Assembly (NCBI GenBank): GCA_013265495.1
Contig: MU058824.1
Coordinates: 496,001 to 560,000, forward strand
DNA length: 64,000 nt
Direction of reading: 5' to 3'
From: Vicugna vicugna
Lineage: Eukaryota
Shown piece after piece: positions 51,905-64,000 of the stretch. The notes under the pieces are model-generated. The model made no database searches and was not told the origin of the DNA. It was given only the letters and a program-made list of their open reading frames with translations. A program made the translations under genes and the position numbers. Each line of letters opens with the position of its first letter. Position 1 is the stretch's first letter.

Positions 51905-52140
51905 ATGTATTGAGATAGTACTATATGCCAAGCTTTGTGCTAAACTCTCTACATACTTGTTTCAATCCTCTTAATAACCTTTTAGAGTAACAACTAGCAT
52001 TCCTCTCATTTTAAAATAAGGAAAATGAAGAACAGAGAAGTAGGTAATTTGCTCTTGAGGCAAGACAGACTGTAAATGTTAGAGGGGGATTCAAATGAAG
52101 GTGATCTAAACCCAGAGCCCACGCTCTTAACCATGTGTCC
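51905..52140. mobile_element. MIR SINE remnant
   Basis: tactatatgccaagctttgtgctaaac...cattttaaaataaggaaaatgaagaacagagaagtaggtaatttgctc...cccagagcccacgctcttaacca. Confidence 0.65.
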
Positions 52141-52952
52141 CGTATATAGGACACTGAATGATGCACATGCATTGAATAGAGTCCAATTTTTGAAGACTAT
52201 TCCAGGGTGAGGCAAAGATCTTTCTTACATATTCCTCCTGCCTTTCTCTTCCTCAAGCTTCCTATTTCTGCACATAAGGGCACACGCATCTCTACAGGAA
52301 TAAGCAACTACTTCTAGGTGAAGAACATCCAGTTTAATTCTCTACAAAGAAAATAAACATTTCTCCCCAAAGAAGCAACAAAATCTGTAGACGGATAATT
52401 TTGGCTGCTAAAACCTAGCCAGGACAACTTAGATTATACCACAGTCACTTAGCTTTTTAAGCTAAAATATCTGCATTCAGGTTACATCACAGATCTGCCC
52501 AAGAACAACAGGTGGAAACTTGTCTTAGATTTGCATATCTAAAGGGCCAGTTCAGGACTTTATCCTCCGAAACAAAGGACAAGCGGCCTCAAAGTGTCTT
52601 CTTACAGGGTAGAAACTTCTCACAGCAATTTAGTGAGTGTTTTGCACTGTTTTTCATCAAGATAGCAGGGCTGTAGCAGGCTTCCTGGGAGCAGCTATAG
52701 CTCTTGCTCCAGGCCCACTATTGAGATTGCACTCAGCATTTTGATGTATTCCCAATATAGGGCCACCTCTTCCATGCATGGATGAGGAATAGACAGGTTA
52801 CTGAAAATCCTGTGGGATTAGGGGAAGAGGTTCTATATTGCAAAACTATATTTTAAACATTAATAAAATCCTTGTTAAATATCTCTGTTCTTTCCCCAAT
52901 TTTCCATTGTGGACAGCAGCTTTCTTTTCTCTTCAAAAAATCTTTCCCCTCT

Positions 52953-53203
52953 TGGCAGGGAGGGATAAATTAGGGATTGGGGATTAACAGACACATGTTA
53001 CTATATATAAAATAGATAAACAACAAGGACCTACTGTATAGCATAGGGAACTATATTCAATTTCTTGTCATACTATATAATGAAAAATAATCTAAAAAGA
53101 AAAATATGTATATATATGTATATGTATAACTGAATCACTTTGCTGTACACCTGAAACTAACATTGTAAATCAACTACACTTCAATAAAAAATTACCAAAA
53201 AAA
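52953..53203 (+). mobile_element. 5'-truncated cetartiodactyl-type L1 3' end with TSD
   Basis: ggagggataaattagggattgggattaacagacac...aaaatagataaacaacaaggacctactgtatagcatagggaacta...aactgaatcactttgctgtacacctgaaactaaca...aataaa plus A tail. Flanked by aaaaatctttcccctc / aaaattatttcccctc. Confidence 0.85.
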
Positions 53204-53569
53204 ATTATTTCCCCTCCTTCTAGAATCATTCTCTAAACTCACATCCCTCTTCAGTCTCTCATTTCAAATCATCTCACCCCTGTCTCATAGTTTCCTCTCC
53301 AATCTACACCCTCAGATTCATCTTAGCACTCAGAAAGGGAATCTCTTTTCTAGAAGAGAGTAGAGTATGGTGTATGAAAATAAATTTTTTTCCCAGCCAC
53401 AAATGCTTTTCTTTAACACGTACCTCTGTTTCAAGAATTCCTATAAATCAAATTTTAAATTGGTTTTAAAATCTTTTTAAATAATGAACTAAATCAGACA
53501 TTCAAAAGAATAAACAGAATGTATATATACATGGTAAAGAATAAAAAAATAATAATAACAAAACCTAGT

Positions 53570-55720
53570 GTACTGGATTATGCTAGGTCAATTTGATTAA
53601 CTGAAAACTGGGCTTCCCAGTATCCCTTTCACTTTGTGACTCAGGGTTAGAGTTGGCCAAAAGAGGAATTTGCACAAATATGGAGGGTGGAAGTGGAGAT
53701 AACAGCCATAATTCTCTGAAGGTGTTGCAGACAGATGTGGTGGTAGACAGACGCACAGGTTCCCAGCTTGTTCCAGCTTGTCTTTGCTGGCCTGCACTCT
53801 GCCAAAAGCTCTTCTTCCTAGCTGCTTACTCTGCTGTTCCAGATGTGGTTTCTTTTCTGAAGCCAAACAACATATGCTTTGGCACCTACTGATAGAGCAA
53901 ATGCTTTTTTCTCAATGCCCACAGTAAAGACCACCAGAAACAGTTGTCTGACTCATCAGATCCAATGGTTTCTGGAACATCTTGACACAGATGTACTATA
54001 GAAAAGCATTTGGCAAGTCTTTGTGGGTGAATCATAACACAGATCTTTTGAAACTTTGAAGCAAAATTAGGTCATCCTCTCCCAATTACTATCCTTCTTT
54101 TGAGAATCAGCTTCTGGATTACTACTGGGCCCTAGTAGAGACTAAACACTTGACTATGAGCCACCAAGTTACCATGCAACCTGAACTGCCCGTCACAAAG
54201 TGAGTGATGTCTGACCCAATAAGCTATAATACTGGGTATGAACAGTATCACTTCATTATCAAGTGGGGGTGATATCTAAGCAATCAGTCTCAAGCAGGTT
54301 CTGAAGACACAAGAAATTGTGTCAGTAAGTGGCATAGATTCCCCTGAAACCCACTTTGGTACATTGTCTCTTTCTCAATCTGTACCTTTGGCCTCACGGT
54401 GTTCCTTATGACCAGGTGATTGAGGAAGGAAAAAATGGATCAGTTTATAGATATTTCTACCAAAAATACTGGCAGAAGTTGAAATTAGATGCCTACTGCA
54501 CTACAGCTCCACTTAGGTATGGCTATGAAGGATGGTGTCGAAGAGAAGTCTTCCTTATGGGCAAAACTCCAAGAGGTACACCTGGTTGGTTAATTTGTCT
54601 AGAAGGAGAGATGAACAAAGATATTGATCTACATTAATTCATGAGCAATCGCTAACAGTTTGGACTTGGAAGAACTCATTGGAGGCAATGAGTTCTGGAG
54701 AAGAGATATGAGAATAGACCTCTTTGAAAAGAGCACGGAATATGATATTTGTGTCCCAGGTGAATGGTAACTAAAGAGAAACCTTACCAGAGAAAGATCT
54801 TAATCAGACACGATGACCTGTTTTGTGGATGCCTCTTTCCCTAGTCACTCCTGTCCTTGCTCAAGGCACTCATAAATAAAGTGGCCATGGCTGCAGGGAT
54901 AGAGGCTGTCCATGTTGCTGACTACCTCCACTGCTGAGTCCTAACACCAACTGCAAAGATCAACACTGCTGAGTCCCAATACCAACTTCAAAGGCCAACA
55001 CCAGTCAAAGATATGGCACTGTTTTTCAGGCCACCTGGCATCAGGCTGATTACACTGAACCATTTCCACCATAGAAGGGGAAGTGCATTGTTCTTACTAG
55101 AATATATACTTATTTTGGATATGGATTTGCTTTCCTTTCCTCATTGTTTCTTCCAAAACACCTGTCTACGTATGGACTTACAGAATGACCTATGCCCCAT
55201 CATGTTATCCTATATAGCCTTTGACCAGGGAACTCATTTTACAGGGAATGAATGCAGTACCAGTCTTCCCACCACCTGGAAACAGATGACCTGACTGAAT
55301 TCTGCATTAGCATTTTGAAGATTCAGTTTGGTGCCTGACGGCTGGCAAAACTTTGCTATTCGGGATAGATGAAGTGGACTTTGTGTATCTTTTTATTAGG
55401 AGACGGTTAGCATGTTTTCAGTTGTATGAAGAATAGTTTGATCATGTTATATAAAAGCATGGTCTTGTTGATGTTTTGATTTGGGAACTAAATCTAAAGA
55501 AGAGTGTGCAGATAACAAGTTGACAAGGGATGGACTATGCTGGATTGCGATATGTCAACTTGGATAAACTGAGAACTTCATTTCTTGTAATTCCATTTTT
55601 TGTGTGAGTTACAGTTGGCCAAGAGAGGAACTTGTGCTAGGTTTGAAAGGCTGAAGGGAACCTCTTTGAGGGTTATTGTGGTTAGATGTGGTGCTGGGCA
55701 GATACACAAGTGCCTAGTGG
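53570..55720 (+). mobile_element. Internally deleted ERV-L provirus with two partial LTR33-like LTRs
   Basis: Pol remnants FENQLLDYYWALVETKHLTMSHQVTMQPELPV (from 54099) and integrase IAFDQGTHFTG (~55215-55247). PPT-like gacaagggatggac precedes the second LTR (~55537). Both LTR starts share ctggatt...gtcaa(c/t)ttg...agttggccaa(a/g)agaggaa(t/c)ttg. Confidence 0.82.
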
Positions 55721-55729
55721 GTCCGTATT

Positions 55730-56230
55730 GTCCTTTCCCATTAGCATTTAAACATGTCTTTCCAATCTTAAAAATCTCTCCCTTAACCTCATGTCCCCTC
55801 CCATATTGCCCTCTCTTCTTTCATGCTGTGTCCAATTTCATCTTTCTCCTCAATCCTCTGCTACTGGCCTCTGTCACATCCTTCCCCTTAAAACTTCTCT
55901 ACTGTTCTTCCCCTTATACTTAGTTTTTCTTTTTGGATTTATATTTCTATTACATGATGATGGTGCTCAAGAATATATTTATCCAGATGTCTCCTGAGTT
56001 TCATACCTGCATCTCCAGTGGTCTACTCAGCACCACCACCTGGATGACAAACAGGGACCTACAACTGGGTGTGCCCGTAACTAAATGTATCACATTTCCC
56101 CTCGAAACTATACCTCCTTCCTATCTCAGTGAATAGCACCATCAACCACTCGGGTGCTCACACAAGAAACCTGACATACTCCTTGCTTAGGTTTCCTTTA
56201 TCTTTTGCCTGGATTATTGCAACAGTCATT
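55730..56230 (+). mobile_element. L2 LINE fragment
   Basis: tcctcaatcctctgctactggcctctgtc, atccagatgtctcctgagtttcatacctgcatctccag, tctcagtgaatagcaccatcaaccac, ttttgcctggattattgcaacag. Confidence 0.7.
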
Positions 56231-57679
56231 CTTCCTAAAGTTGTGAAGCTCCAGTTAAATAATACGACTATAACGTACCATACAATTGCTTTGGTTTACC
56301 TTCAATGTAGAGCTATATTAACTCTGAGAATGTGGGGCAATAAATCTCCATTTTATGGGAGAAGTTGCAGCTGATAATGGACTATGGTGAACCAAAGAAA
56401 AACATACTTGCACAATAGTGGACGTTGTCAGTGTTAGACCTGGTGACAATGCTATTCATTCCACAAATATTTATTAATTTCTGACCATGAGTTAGGAACT
56501 GTGCCTACAGACTATGCTTCCAGAGCACTGATTGACTGTGTACTTTTTCTGGGTCCTCCTCATGTAGAGGATACAAAGATGAAAAAGTCATGGCCTCCAT
56601 GCTTAAGGGGCTCTCAACTCTCTTTAGGCACAACCTATGTCAAATGATATCACAGATGACCCCTCCTATCTCTGAACTCCTCCCACAGGCAGTGCTGCTG
56701 TCAAGTTCCTTCCAGGGCCTATTATGTTCAAAGAATAAATTAATTTCAGAGGAAAAAAAGAAGTCAATCTAGAGACATATGTAGGCTGTTGTCTAGATGC
56801 AAGGATTTTGGAAAACCACCACCAATTAAAAAAGCTACATGCAAGGATTCTTTTCTAGTGATACACAGAGACACCTCCTCGGGACCTGAGTTAAATTGGA
56901 AGCAATCTCAGTAATGAATTCAGCCTTGTGCTTAGCCCATTCCCAGAACCTCTGGCTTAATTATGAGAAGAAAACCTATTTATTCTGGGACATCACCACT
57001 TTGGGATAAATTCCTGGAAGCCATCAGAAAAGCAAAGGGAAGATTTTTCTCAGAGTCTCTACTCTGGATTTCTGAGAAAGAAGTGTTTCATGTTTGGCAT
57101 GTCAAGTTGCTTTTAATTTTAGTCCATGTATTTGCCCCTGACTTAATTCTCTTTGAGCTTAGTTCTCCCTGTCCGTCCAGTGGCCTAGGTCTCCTATGGG
57201 AGGGTAATTCAACCTTTCTCCTGTCTTCCTCAGATATCATCTTTCCCCAAGCACATTCTTCATATAATTAGTTACACAATAATAAAAATAATATTTATAT
57301 AGTACATTACACTTCATAAAGCTCTTTTCATGTGTTTTAGTTCTTTCAGCTCTAATAGCAATGCAGAGAGAGCCATGAGGAACCTGAGGCTCAGAGAAAA
57401 GTAACTTGCCTAAGATCATATGGCTGTGGGATGACAGATCTCACAAAGAATCCAGATATTCTGTCACCTTCTTTCTACTATTTTCCTTATGTCCAGCCAC
57501 TGACCAAAGTAATTTCTAGCCCTAATCCATTTCAAAATTATTCTGACATCTGAATATTGGAGCCAAGGAACACTGATATCTTTCCTGGAGACCAGCTTGG
57601 TTGTAGGGACCCAGGAAACCCCCCATAAGGCAGGATCCCCAGGGCGTACCAAGAACGAGGAAAGCCAACAGTCCTGAAG

Positions 57680-57858
57680 CAGTGGTTCTCAACTTCGACT
57701 ACATACCAAAAATACCTGGGGAGCTTTAAACTACTGAAACCTGGGTTCTAGCCCCAGAGATTTTTTTTATTGTATTGGTCTTGGGGGCAGCAAGGCCATT
57801 AGACGTATAAAAAACTCCCCAGGGGATACTAATATGAAGCCAAGACTGAGAACCACTG
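57680..57858. mobile_element. MER5A-like hAT-Charlie MITE
   Basis: Terminal inverted repeats cagtggttctca ... tgagaaccactg. Confidence 0.85.
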
Positions 57859-57984
57859 CCTGAGTGCTTCTACAGGTTTACCTGTTCTTTGTGGGACCCG
57901 TGGAACCAGTCTCCCTTTCTCTTTTCTAAATGCTTATTATACCAATCACGTATGATTGTTGAATAAAATCTAGACAATACAAGA

Positions 57985-60592
57985 GGCAGGATCAAGATGG
58001 CAGAGTAGGAGGACCCTGAGCTCACCTCCCCACAGCGAACCCATCCAAACCACAACTACATGAGCAACTCTCACTGAGAATGACTGAAGACTAGCAGAAC
58101 AACTCCTCCACCAAGCCTGTAAAGAAAGACCCACACAGAGTCTGGGAGGAGGGGAGGAGAAGTGATCTAGTCAGGACTCGCACCCCTGGTGGGTGACCCA
58201 GAAGAGGAGAGTGTATCACAGGCTGGGGGATCCTCCCTAGGAGTGAGGGGTTCGAGCCCCGTATTAGGCACCCCAGCCCTGGGTTCTGGCACTGCGAAGG
58301 TGTGCCTCCTTAGCTGGTTTGAAAACCAGTGGTGCTTACTGGAGAGCTACAAGAAACGGAGGCTCTGCTGTTGAAGAACACACGCCCAGACCTGCCTGCT
58401 GCCAGTTCCAAAACTGCCTGGTGCTGTGGCGGCATGCCGAGACCACCCCATCCTGCCCTCCACCACGCATTATGGTCCTGCTCCAGCCCCTCCGGCTCCA
58501 GCTCTTCTCCCTGCCAAGGCAGAGGCCGCCATTGCCAGTGTGTGTGTGTGCACACCTGGGGGAAGCTGACCCAGCTCACCTGGCCCTGCCTCTAGTTAGG
58601 GTGGAGACTGCCATTTCCGGCAGGCACTAACTCCAGAGAAGGAGCTCAGTAGTGTGACTCCAACCCCTCTGACCCCAACCCGACCTTTAACCCAGGCACA
58701 CACTGCGGTAAAGGTGGAACCAGCTCAGAAGTGCAGCCCCAAGCCCTCAGGCCCTGGCCATGCTCCCAACCAAGGTGGAGGCTGCCATCACGCTGGGGAG
58801 AAGCCCAACGTCCTCAGGGCTCCTGCTCCAACCCCTCCGGCCTCAGCCCCTCCCACAATAAGGCTGTGACTGCCTTTGAGCCTAGGAGAAACTTCAGCTT
58901 GCTTCTGGCCCCAGATCTATACCATGACTCCAGCCCTACCTCCCACCAAGGTGGTGGCTGCCAGTGCACCCTGGTGGAAGACATAGCCCATACTCACTTC
59001 AGATCCAACTCTCCCACTAAAGCCACTGGGCACATGCAGACTGCATAGGGACACTCCCACATAAGGACATTCCTTCAAGACAGGGATAGGTAACTGTTTC
59101 ACCTAATTTCATAGAGACAAACAGAGAGAAGTAAACAAAATGAAAAAACAGAGAAATATGTTTCAAATGAAAGACCAAGATAAAAAAAAAAACCCTTGAT
59201 AAAAACTTAGTGAAACAGAAACAAATAATTTACATGATGAAGAGTACAAAGCAATAGTAATAAGAATGCTAACTGAACTTGGGAAAAGAATAGATGAACA
59301 CAGTGAGAAATTCAATAAAGTACTAGAAAATATAAAAAAAAACAGTCAGAGGCTGAAGAATAAAATAACTGAAATGAAAAATACACTAGAAGGAATTAAC
59401 AGCAGATTAGGTGATACAGAAGAATCCATAAGTGATCTGGAGGATAGAATAGTGGAAATTACCTGATTAGAACAGCAAAAAGAAAAACAAATTAAAAAAA
59501 AATGAGGCTAGTTTAAGGGACATTCAAAACAGCATGGTACTGCCACAAAAACAGACACATAGATCCTTGGAACAGAACAGAGAGCCCAGAAATAAACCAA
59601 TGTGTCTATGGTCAATTAATCTATGACAAAGGAGGCAGGAATACACAATGCAGAAAAGAGTTTCTTCAATAAGTGACATTGGGAAATCTCGACAGCTACA
59701 TGTGAAAGAATGAAATTAGAACGTTTTCTCACACCATCTACAAAAATAAATTCAGACTGGATTAAAGACTTAACTGTAAGGACAGAAACCATAAAACTCT
59801 TAGAAGAAAACATAGCCAGTATACTCTTTGACATCAGTCTTAGCAATATCTTTTTGGATCTGTCTCCTCAGGCAAGGGAAACAAAAGCAAAAGTAAACAA
59901 ATTGGACTTAATTAAATTTAAAAGATTTGGCAAAGAAAATGAAACTCAACAAAACAAAAAGGCAGCCTATTGGAAGAAGGTATTTGCAAATGATGTCTGA
60001 TAAGGGGTTAATATCCAAAATATATAATGAGCTCATACAACTCAATATAAAAAAAAAGCCAATTAAAAAATGGGCAGAGGACTTGAATTTTCCAAAGAAG
60101 ACATACAGATGGCCAACAGGCACATGAAAAGATGCTCAACATCACTACACATCAGGGAAATGCAAATCAAAACCACAGTGTGATATCACCTCACACCTGT
60201 CAAAATGGATATCATCAAAAGACAACAAATAAGAAGTACCGGTGAGGATGTGGGAAAAAATGAACCCTAGTACACTATTGGTGGGAAAGTAAATTGATAT
60301 AGCAACTATGGAAAACAGTATAGAAGTTACTTAAAAAATTAAAAATAGAACTACCATATGACCCAAGCAGTTCCACTCCTGGGTATATATCTGAAGAAAA
60401 CCAAACCACAAATTCAAAAAGATATGTGCACCTCTATGTTCATAACAACATCATTTACAACAGCAAATATATGGAAGTAAACGAAGTGTTCAACAACAGA
60501 TGACTGGACAAAGAAGATGTGAGATATATAGTGGAATATTATTCAACCACAAAAAAGAAGGAAAAATTTTGCCATTTGCAGGAACATGGATG
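57985..60592 (+). mobile_element. L1 retaining its 5' UTR and ORF1 start, with a large internal deletion and lost 3' end
   Basis: Starts with the L1 5' motif caagatggcagagtagga; GC-richer UTR to ~59100. ORF1 ATG at 59140 (MKKQRNMFQMKDQD; LTELGKRIDEHSEKFNKVLENIKK). Abrupt join at ~59521 to the ORF2 C-terminal part (LTPSTKINSDWIKDLTVRTETIKLLEENI). Stops at gccatttgcaggaacatggatgg. Confidence 0.9.
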
Positions 60593-61015
60593 GCAATGCG
60601 CCAGGGACTGCACTAGGCACTTAGTCAAGTCCTCTATTGGCTATCTCTCATAAAGTCTCTACAGTGGCATTATTATCCCCATTTTACAGATTATCCAAGT
60701 CTCATGGAGTGCTTTAGTTCACCTGTTAAAACATGGATTGTGTCATGGTTTTACTCAGCAATGTGTCTCAGAGCCTAGTTCAGTGCCTTGCACTGTGCCT
60801 AGCAGAGAATAGGCACTCATCACACTAGTTGATGGATGAAGGAATCATTAAATCATATGTAGTTTCATTAATTCATACTGCCCCTGGCTGATGCGGAGAT
60901 GCTTTCTCCAGAGGCAGTTTGCTTCCTGGGCCTTCATTCTCTGGCAATGACTGCTTATATACTAGTGATCTGATGGCTCATGAAAATGTATCTATGTTCT
61001 TTTCATTCTCTAGGG

Positions 61016-61222
61016 CAGTGGTTCTCAAACTGTAGCCCCTGGTCCAACATTATTGGTGTCACCTGTGTGCTGCTTAGAACTACAAATTCATGGATCCTTC
61101 TCCATGGACCCATGGGCATGAATTAGAATTTCTGGGCATGAATCTCAGGAAACTGTGCTTGAATTAGCTTTCAAGATGATTCCAATGAATGTTAAAATGA
61201 ACGTTAAATTTTGAGAATGATG
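61016..61222. mobile_element. MER5-type MITE
   Basis: cagtggttctcaaactgt...catgaattagaatttctggg...caggaaactgtgctt...aaattttgagaatga. Confidence 0.65.
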
Positions 61223-61259
61223 GAGAATAAATGAATTTCTTCTTGTCCTGAGACTCACA

Positions 61260-61570
61260 ATAATAGTTTAGCTTGGCTGATTGGGTGTCTGGAGGAGCCA
61301 TTTACAGAGATTGGGAGGACAGGAGGGGCAAGTTTGGATGGAGATTTGGGTTTGGTATATTAAATTTGGAGTACCTGTGGGATAGCCAGGTGAAGATATC
61401 TGGAGGCATCTGGAAGAACTGAGTTAGAGATAATGATTTGGGAGTGCTGGTTGAAGCCACAAGTAAGAGTGCCCAGAATAGTGGGAAGCAGTAGAGAAGA
61501 GGAAGGCCATTGGCAAACCCTAAGTAATAGCATTCTTTAAGAAGAGTTGGGGAGAAGTGCTCAGAGAAAG
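61260..61570 (-). mobile_element. L2 LINE fragment
   Basis: gagccatttacagagattgggagg...tttgggtttggtatattaaatttggagtacctgtgggatagccaggtgaagatatct is reverse L2-like. Confidence 0.65.
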
Positions 61571-63419
61571 AAGGATCTGAGCAGTCATTCCTCCTGTGAG
61601 TGACTTGCATCGGAATGTTTGTCTCATCTTCCCCTCTGGATTATAAACTCTTTAAAGACAGGGACTGTGTAAACTTTAATAGGTCCCTCAAACAAAAGTA
61701 CATTGCTGCACAGCCTGTGAATAATCAATGAATTCCTACCAGGATTCTGCTTTGCAGAAATCCAATGTGATCAGAGCCACAAGCAGGATGTTTCCCCAAA
61801 AAACACTTATATAATTTCCCAGTGGACAGTGTGGCAGATTAAAAATAAGTGAATAAATAGAGGGCATCATGTGTAATCCGGTGATATCTATGCTAATCAC
61901 ATTAATCAGAGTGAATTAATTACACCTGAAAACAGATGCAAAGTTAAATTCCTTAGAAAATCAATTCATTAAACTCATATTGGAATGCACAGTCAACAAC
62001 CTCCATGTTTAGAAACTATCAGCGTGATTTGTGGCAACTTCTGATTTACTAACGAAACTGCTTAAAACATTTTTAAAGGCAATTACAATTACTGTCTGGC
62101 ATTTGATGGAAAGAAATCTTGTCAGCATTGTCCTTTGTGTGTCAACTGTCACAATTTTCTAAAAATTTTGAGGCGAAAAATAGGCAGGCTCTACTATTTG
62201 CTAGCCTCGATTAGGGTTAATTCAATGTGTGTCTGCAAATAATAGTGTTTAATGTAATCTCTCTAATTACAGATAAAACGCATTTTCAGTCATGCTCATC
62301 ACTGACAGTATTTTGGGATAAGTTAAACTGACAGCTGCTTTCTAAAGGAAAGGGAAAAAAACAAACCTTCCTTGGGGTTGTGTTGATTTTCCCTCTCTCT
62401 CTCTCGGGCATTGAAGTTCAGAAAAATATGAAACTAGACACTTCGGCTCTAGATACCAACTTTGAAAATCATGACATAGTCTGTCTCTTAGGAATTTGTT
62501 ATGGTTTCCATCTTCCACCCCCATCGATAAATATCTAACTTGAATTCACTCAACAAACATTTCTAAGAGTTTCTGGTGAATTAGGGATTGTGTTAGGCAC
62601 TACGGATGATTCTACCAAAACTGCCCTCCACAACTGGCTTCAAGAGCCAAGTCAAGCTTCCTACTGTACTAGACATGATAGTTCAGTGCCACTGCATTTA
62701 TAGCCCCTTCAGAGTTAAACTACTCAAGTCACAATATTTTCTGATGATCAATGCATGTTACTCTTCAACCACAGCTAACTGATAGGGCTGGAGGTGGAAA
62801 ATATATCTGAGTTCTACTTCCAGAGCAACACCAGAAATAGAGATGACACCAGCAGTACAGCAAGACAGTCCATTAACAGCACTAAGCAATCGGAAGTGGG
62901 AACTGAAAGCCAGAGCTAATGTAAAAGTTGGCATTATTTGCAGATATCTCGAGGAAGTCTTTGAACCTTCCTATCCCTATTAGTGGAATAAAAAACAATC
63001 TTTTCTAGTTCCTAAAGAGAAGAGGCCCCAGCTAACATGTGGATTATAATACCAATCAGACATATTCTAGGACCAGTCCTCTGTTCAAGCCGTCCTAAAG
63101 TATCACTTATCATGATACCACCCTTGATTCTTTTCCAAGTGGAAATTTCCACCTATAAAGCCACTTTCAGGGGCCAGACAATATTAATGTTGTCTCTAGA
63201 AGACCAGTGTCAAATGCCATCTGAAAGGAGAGAGTGGCATATTGGACATAGTACCCAGATGACACTTTCACCTATGTCCCATTGACAAGAACACAGTGCC
63301 AAGAGTGCCACTAGCCTCAAAGAACTCTGAGAAGTGTGTTTATCCTGAGCAGCCATGTGCCCGGCTAAATATTCCATTTCTGTGTAAAAAGGCTTGGCAG
63401 CTTCTTATAACGTTAAACC

Positions 63420-64000
63420 TCCCCAGGAATTCCACTCCTAGGTATTTACTCTAGAAAAATGAAACATGTTTGCGTAAAGACCTGTAGGTAAATGTTTATG
63501 GCAGCTCTATTCATAATTGTATAAAGCACAAGAAGATGCCATTTTATAGCAGAGGCAACTCTCCTACCTTATTGTTGAGAGTGTAAATTGGTGCAACCAC
63601 TTTTGAAGAATATTAGTATATCCAGTAAAGGAGAAGATTTACATACCACATAACCTAGCAAGTCTACTTCTTGGTAAGTCTAGAACAGTGATTCTCAAAC
63701 TTCACAGGCATCACAATCACCTGGAGGGCTTGTTAAAACACAGATTGCTGAGCCTTACTTATCCCCAGAGATTCAGTAGGTCTGTGGGTGGGACCTGAGA
63801 ATTTGCATTTCTAGCAAGTTCCCAGGTGACCCTGATGCTCCTGGTCCTGGGACCACACTTTGAAAACCACTAGCCTAGAGAAATTCTTGCTTGTGTTTAC
63901 CAGGAGACATGTACAAAAGCATTCCTGATATTATAGCTTGTAATAGCAAGAACATGGAAACAACTTAAATAACCATTGACAGGAAAGTAAATAAAGAAAT
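63420..64000 (+). mobile_element. Ancient L1 3' fragments interrupted by MER5A
   Basis: aattccactcctaggtatttactctagaaaaatgaaacat, gagagtgtaaattggtgcaaccacttttgaa, atggaaacaacttaaat. Confidence 0.7.
63686..63872. mobile_element. MER5A hAT-Charlie MITE with 8-bp TSD
   Basis: TIRs cagtgattctcaaa / tttgaaaaccacta; TSD gtctagaa (63678-63685) / gcctagag (63873-63880), fitting the Charlie NTCTAGAN target. Confidence 0.88.

Noticed and set aside
58189..59102. GC-rich ORFs or a second host CpG promoter at 58-59 kb
   Set aside because: Lies within the L1 5' UTR directly upstream of L1 ORF1.
1..64000. Prokaryote-style systems (CRISPR array, operon, defence or retron locus) or an intact retroelement
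   Set aside because: The sequence is intron-containing mammalian DNA. I saw no regularly spaced repeats, and all RT/integrase remnants are broken by stops and frameshifts.

Overview
Mammalian genomic DNA, AT-rich and dominated by decayed transposons. It holds the 5' half of the syntaxin-17 gene (STX17) on the minus strand. The parts are a CpG-island promoter with a probable non-coding exon 1 (donor at 37916/37915) and three coding exons with canonical GT-AG borders: 31647-31769 (ATG at 31769), 22892-22957 and 3479-3704. Together they give 415 nt, spliced in frame as MSEDEEKVKLRRLEPAIQKF...LTRSMTVG. The gene continues beyond position 1. The ~26 kb upstream (38.1-64 kb) has no recognisable host protein-coding exon; by known human/horse synteny it should be the STX17-NR4A3 intergenic interval. 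A tRNA-Ala-derived SINE with target-site duplication and a cetartiodactyl-type L1 3' end, with no Alu, Bov-A/BovB, PRE-1 or ERE elements noticed, suggest a camelid genome (inference). Other content: many L1 fragments, two CR1/L3 remnants, L2/MIR, MLT1 LTRs, a deleted ERV-L provirus and several DNA-transposon MITEs. Repeat family names come from recalled consensus similarity and their boundaries are approximate. I found no convincing novel multi-gene system. The best leads are regulatory: a uORF with a possible bypass acceptor in exon 2, an enhancer-like motif cluster at ~61.8-62.35 kb, an NF-kB site cluster at ~44.5 kb and a CTCF-like site at ~50.1 kb.
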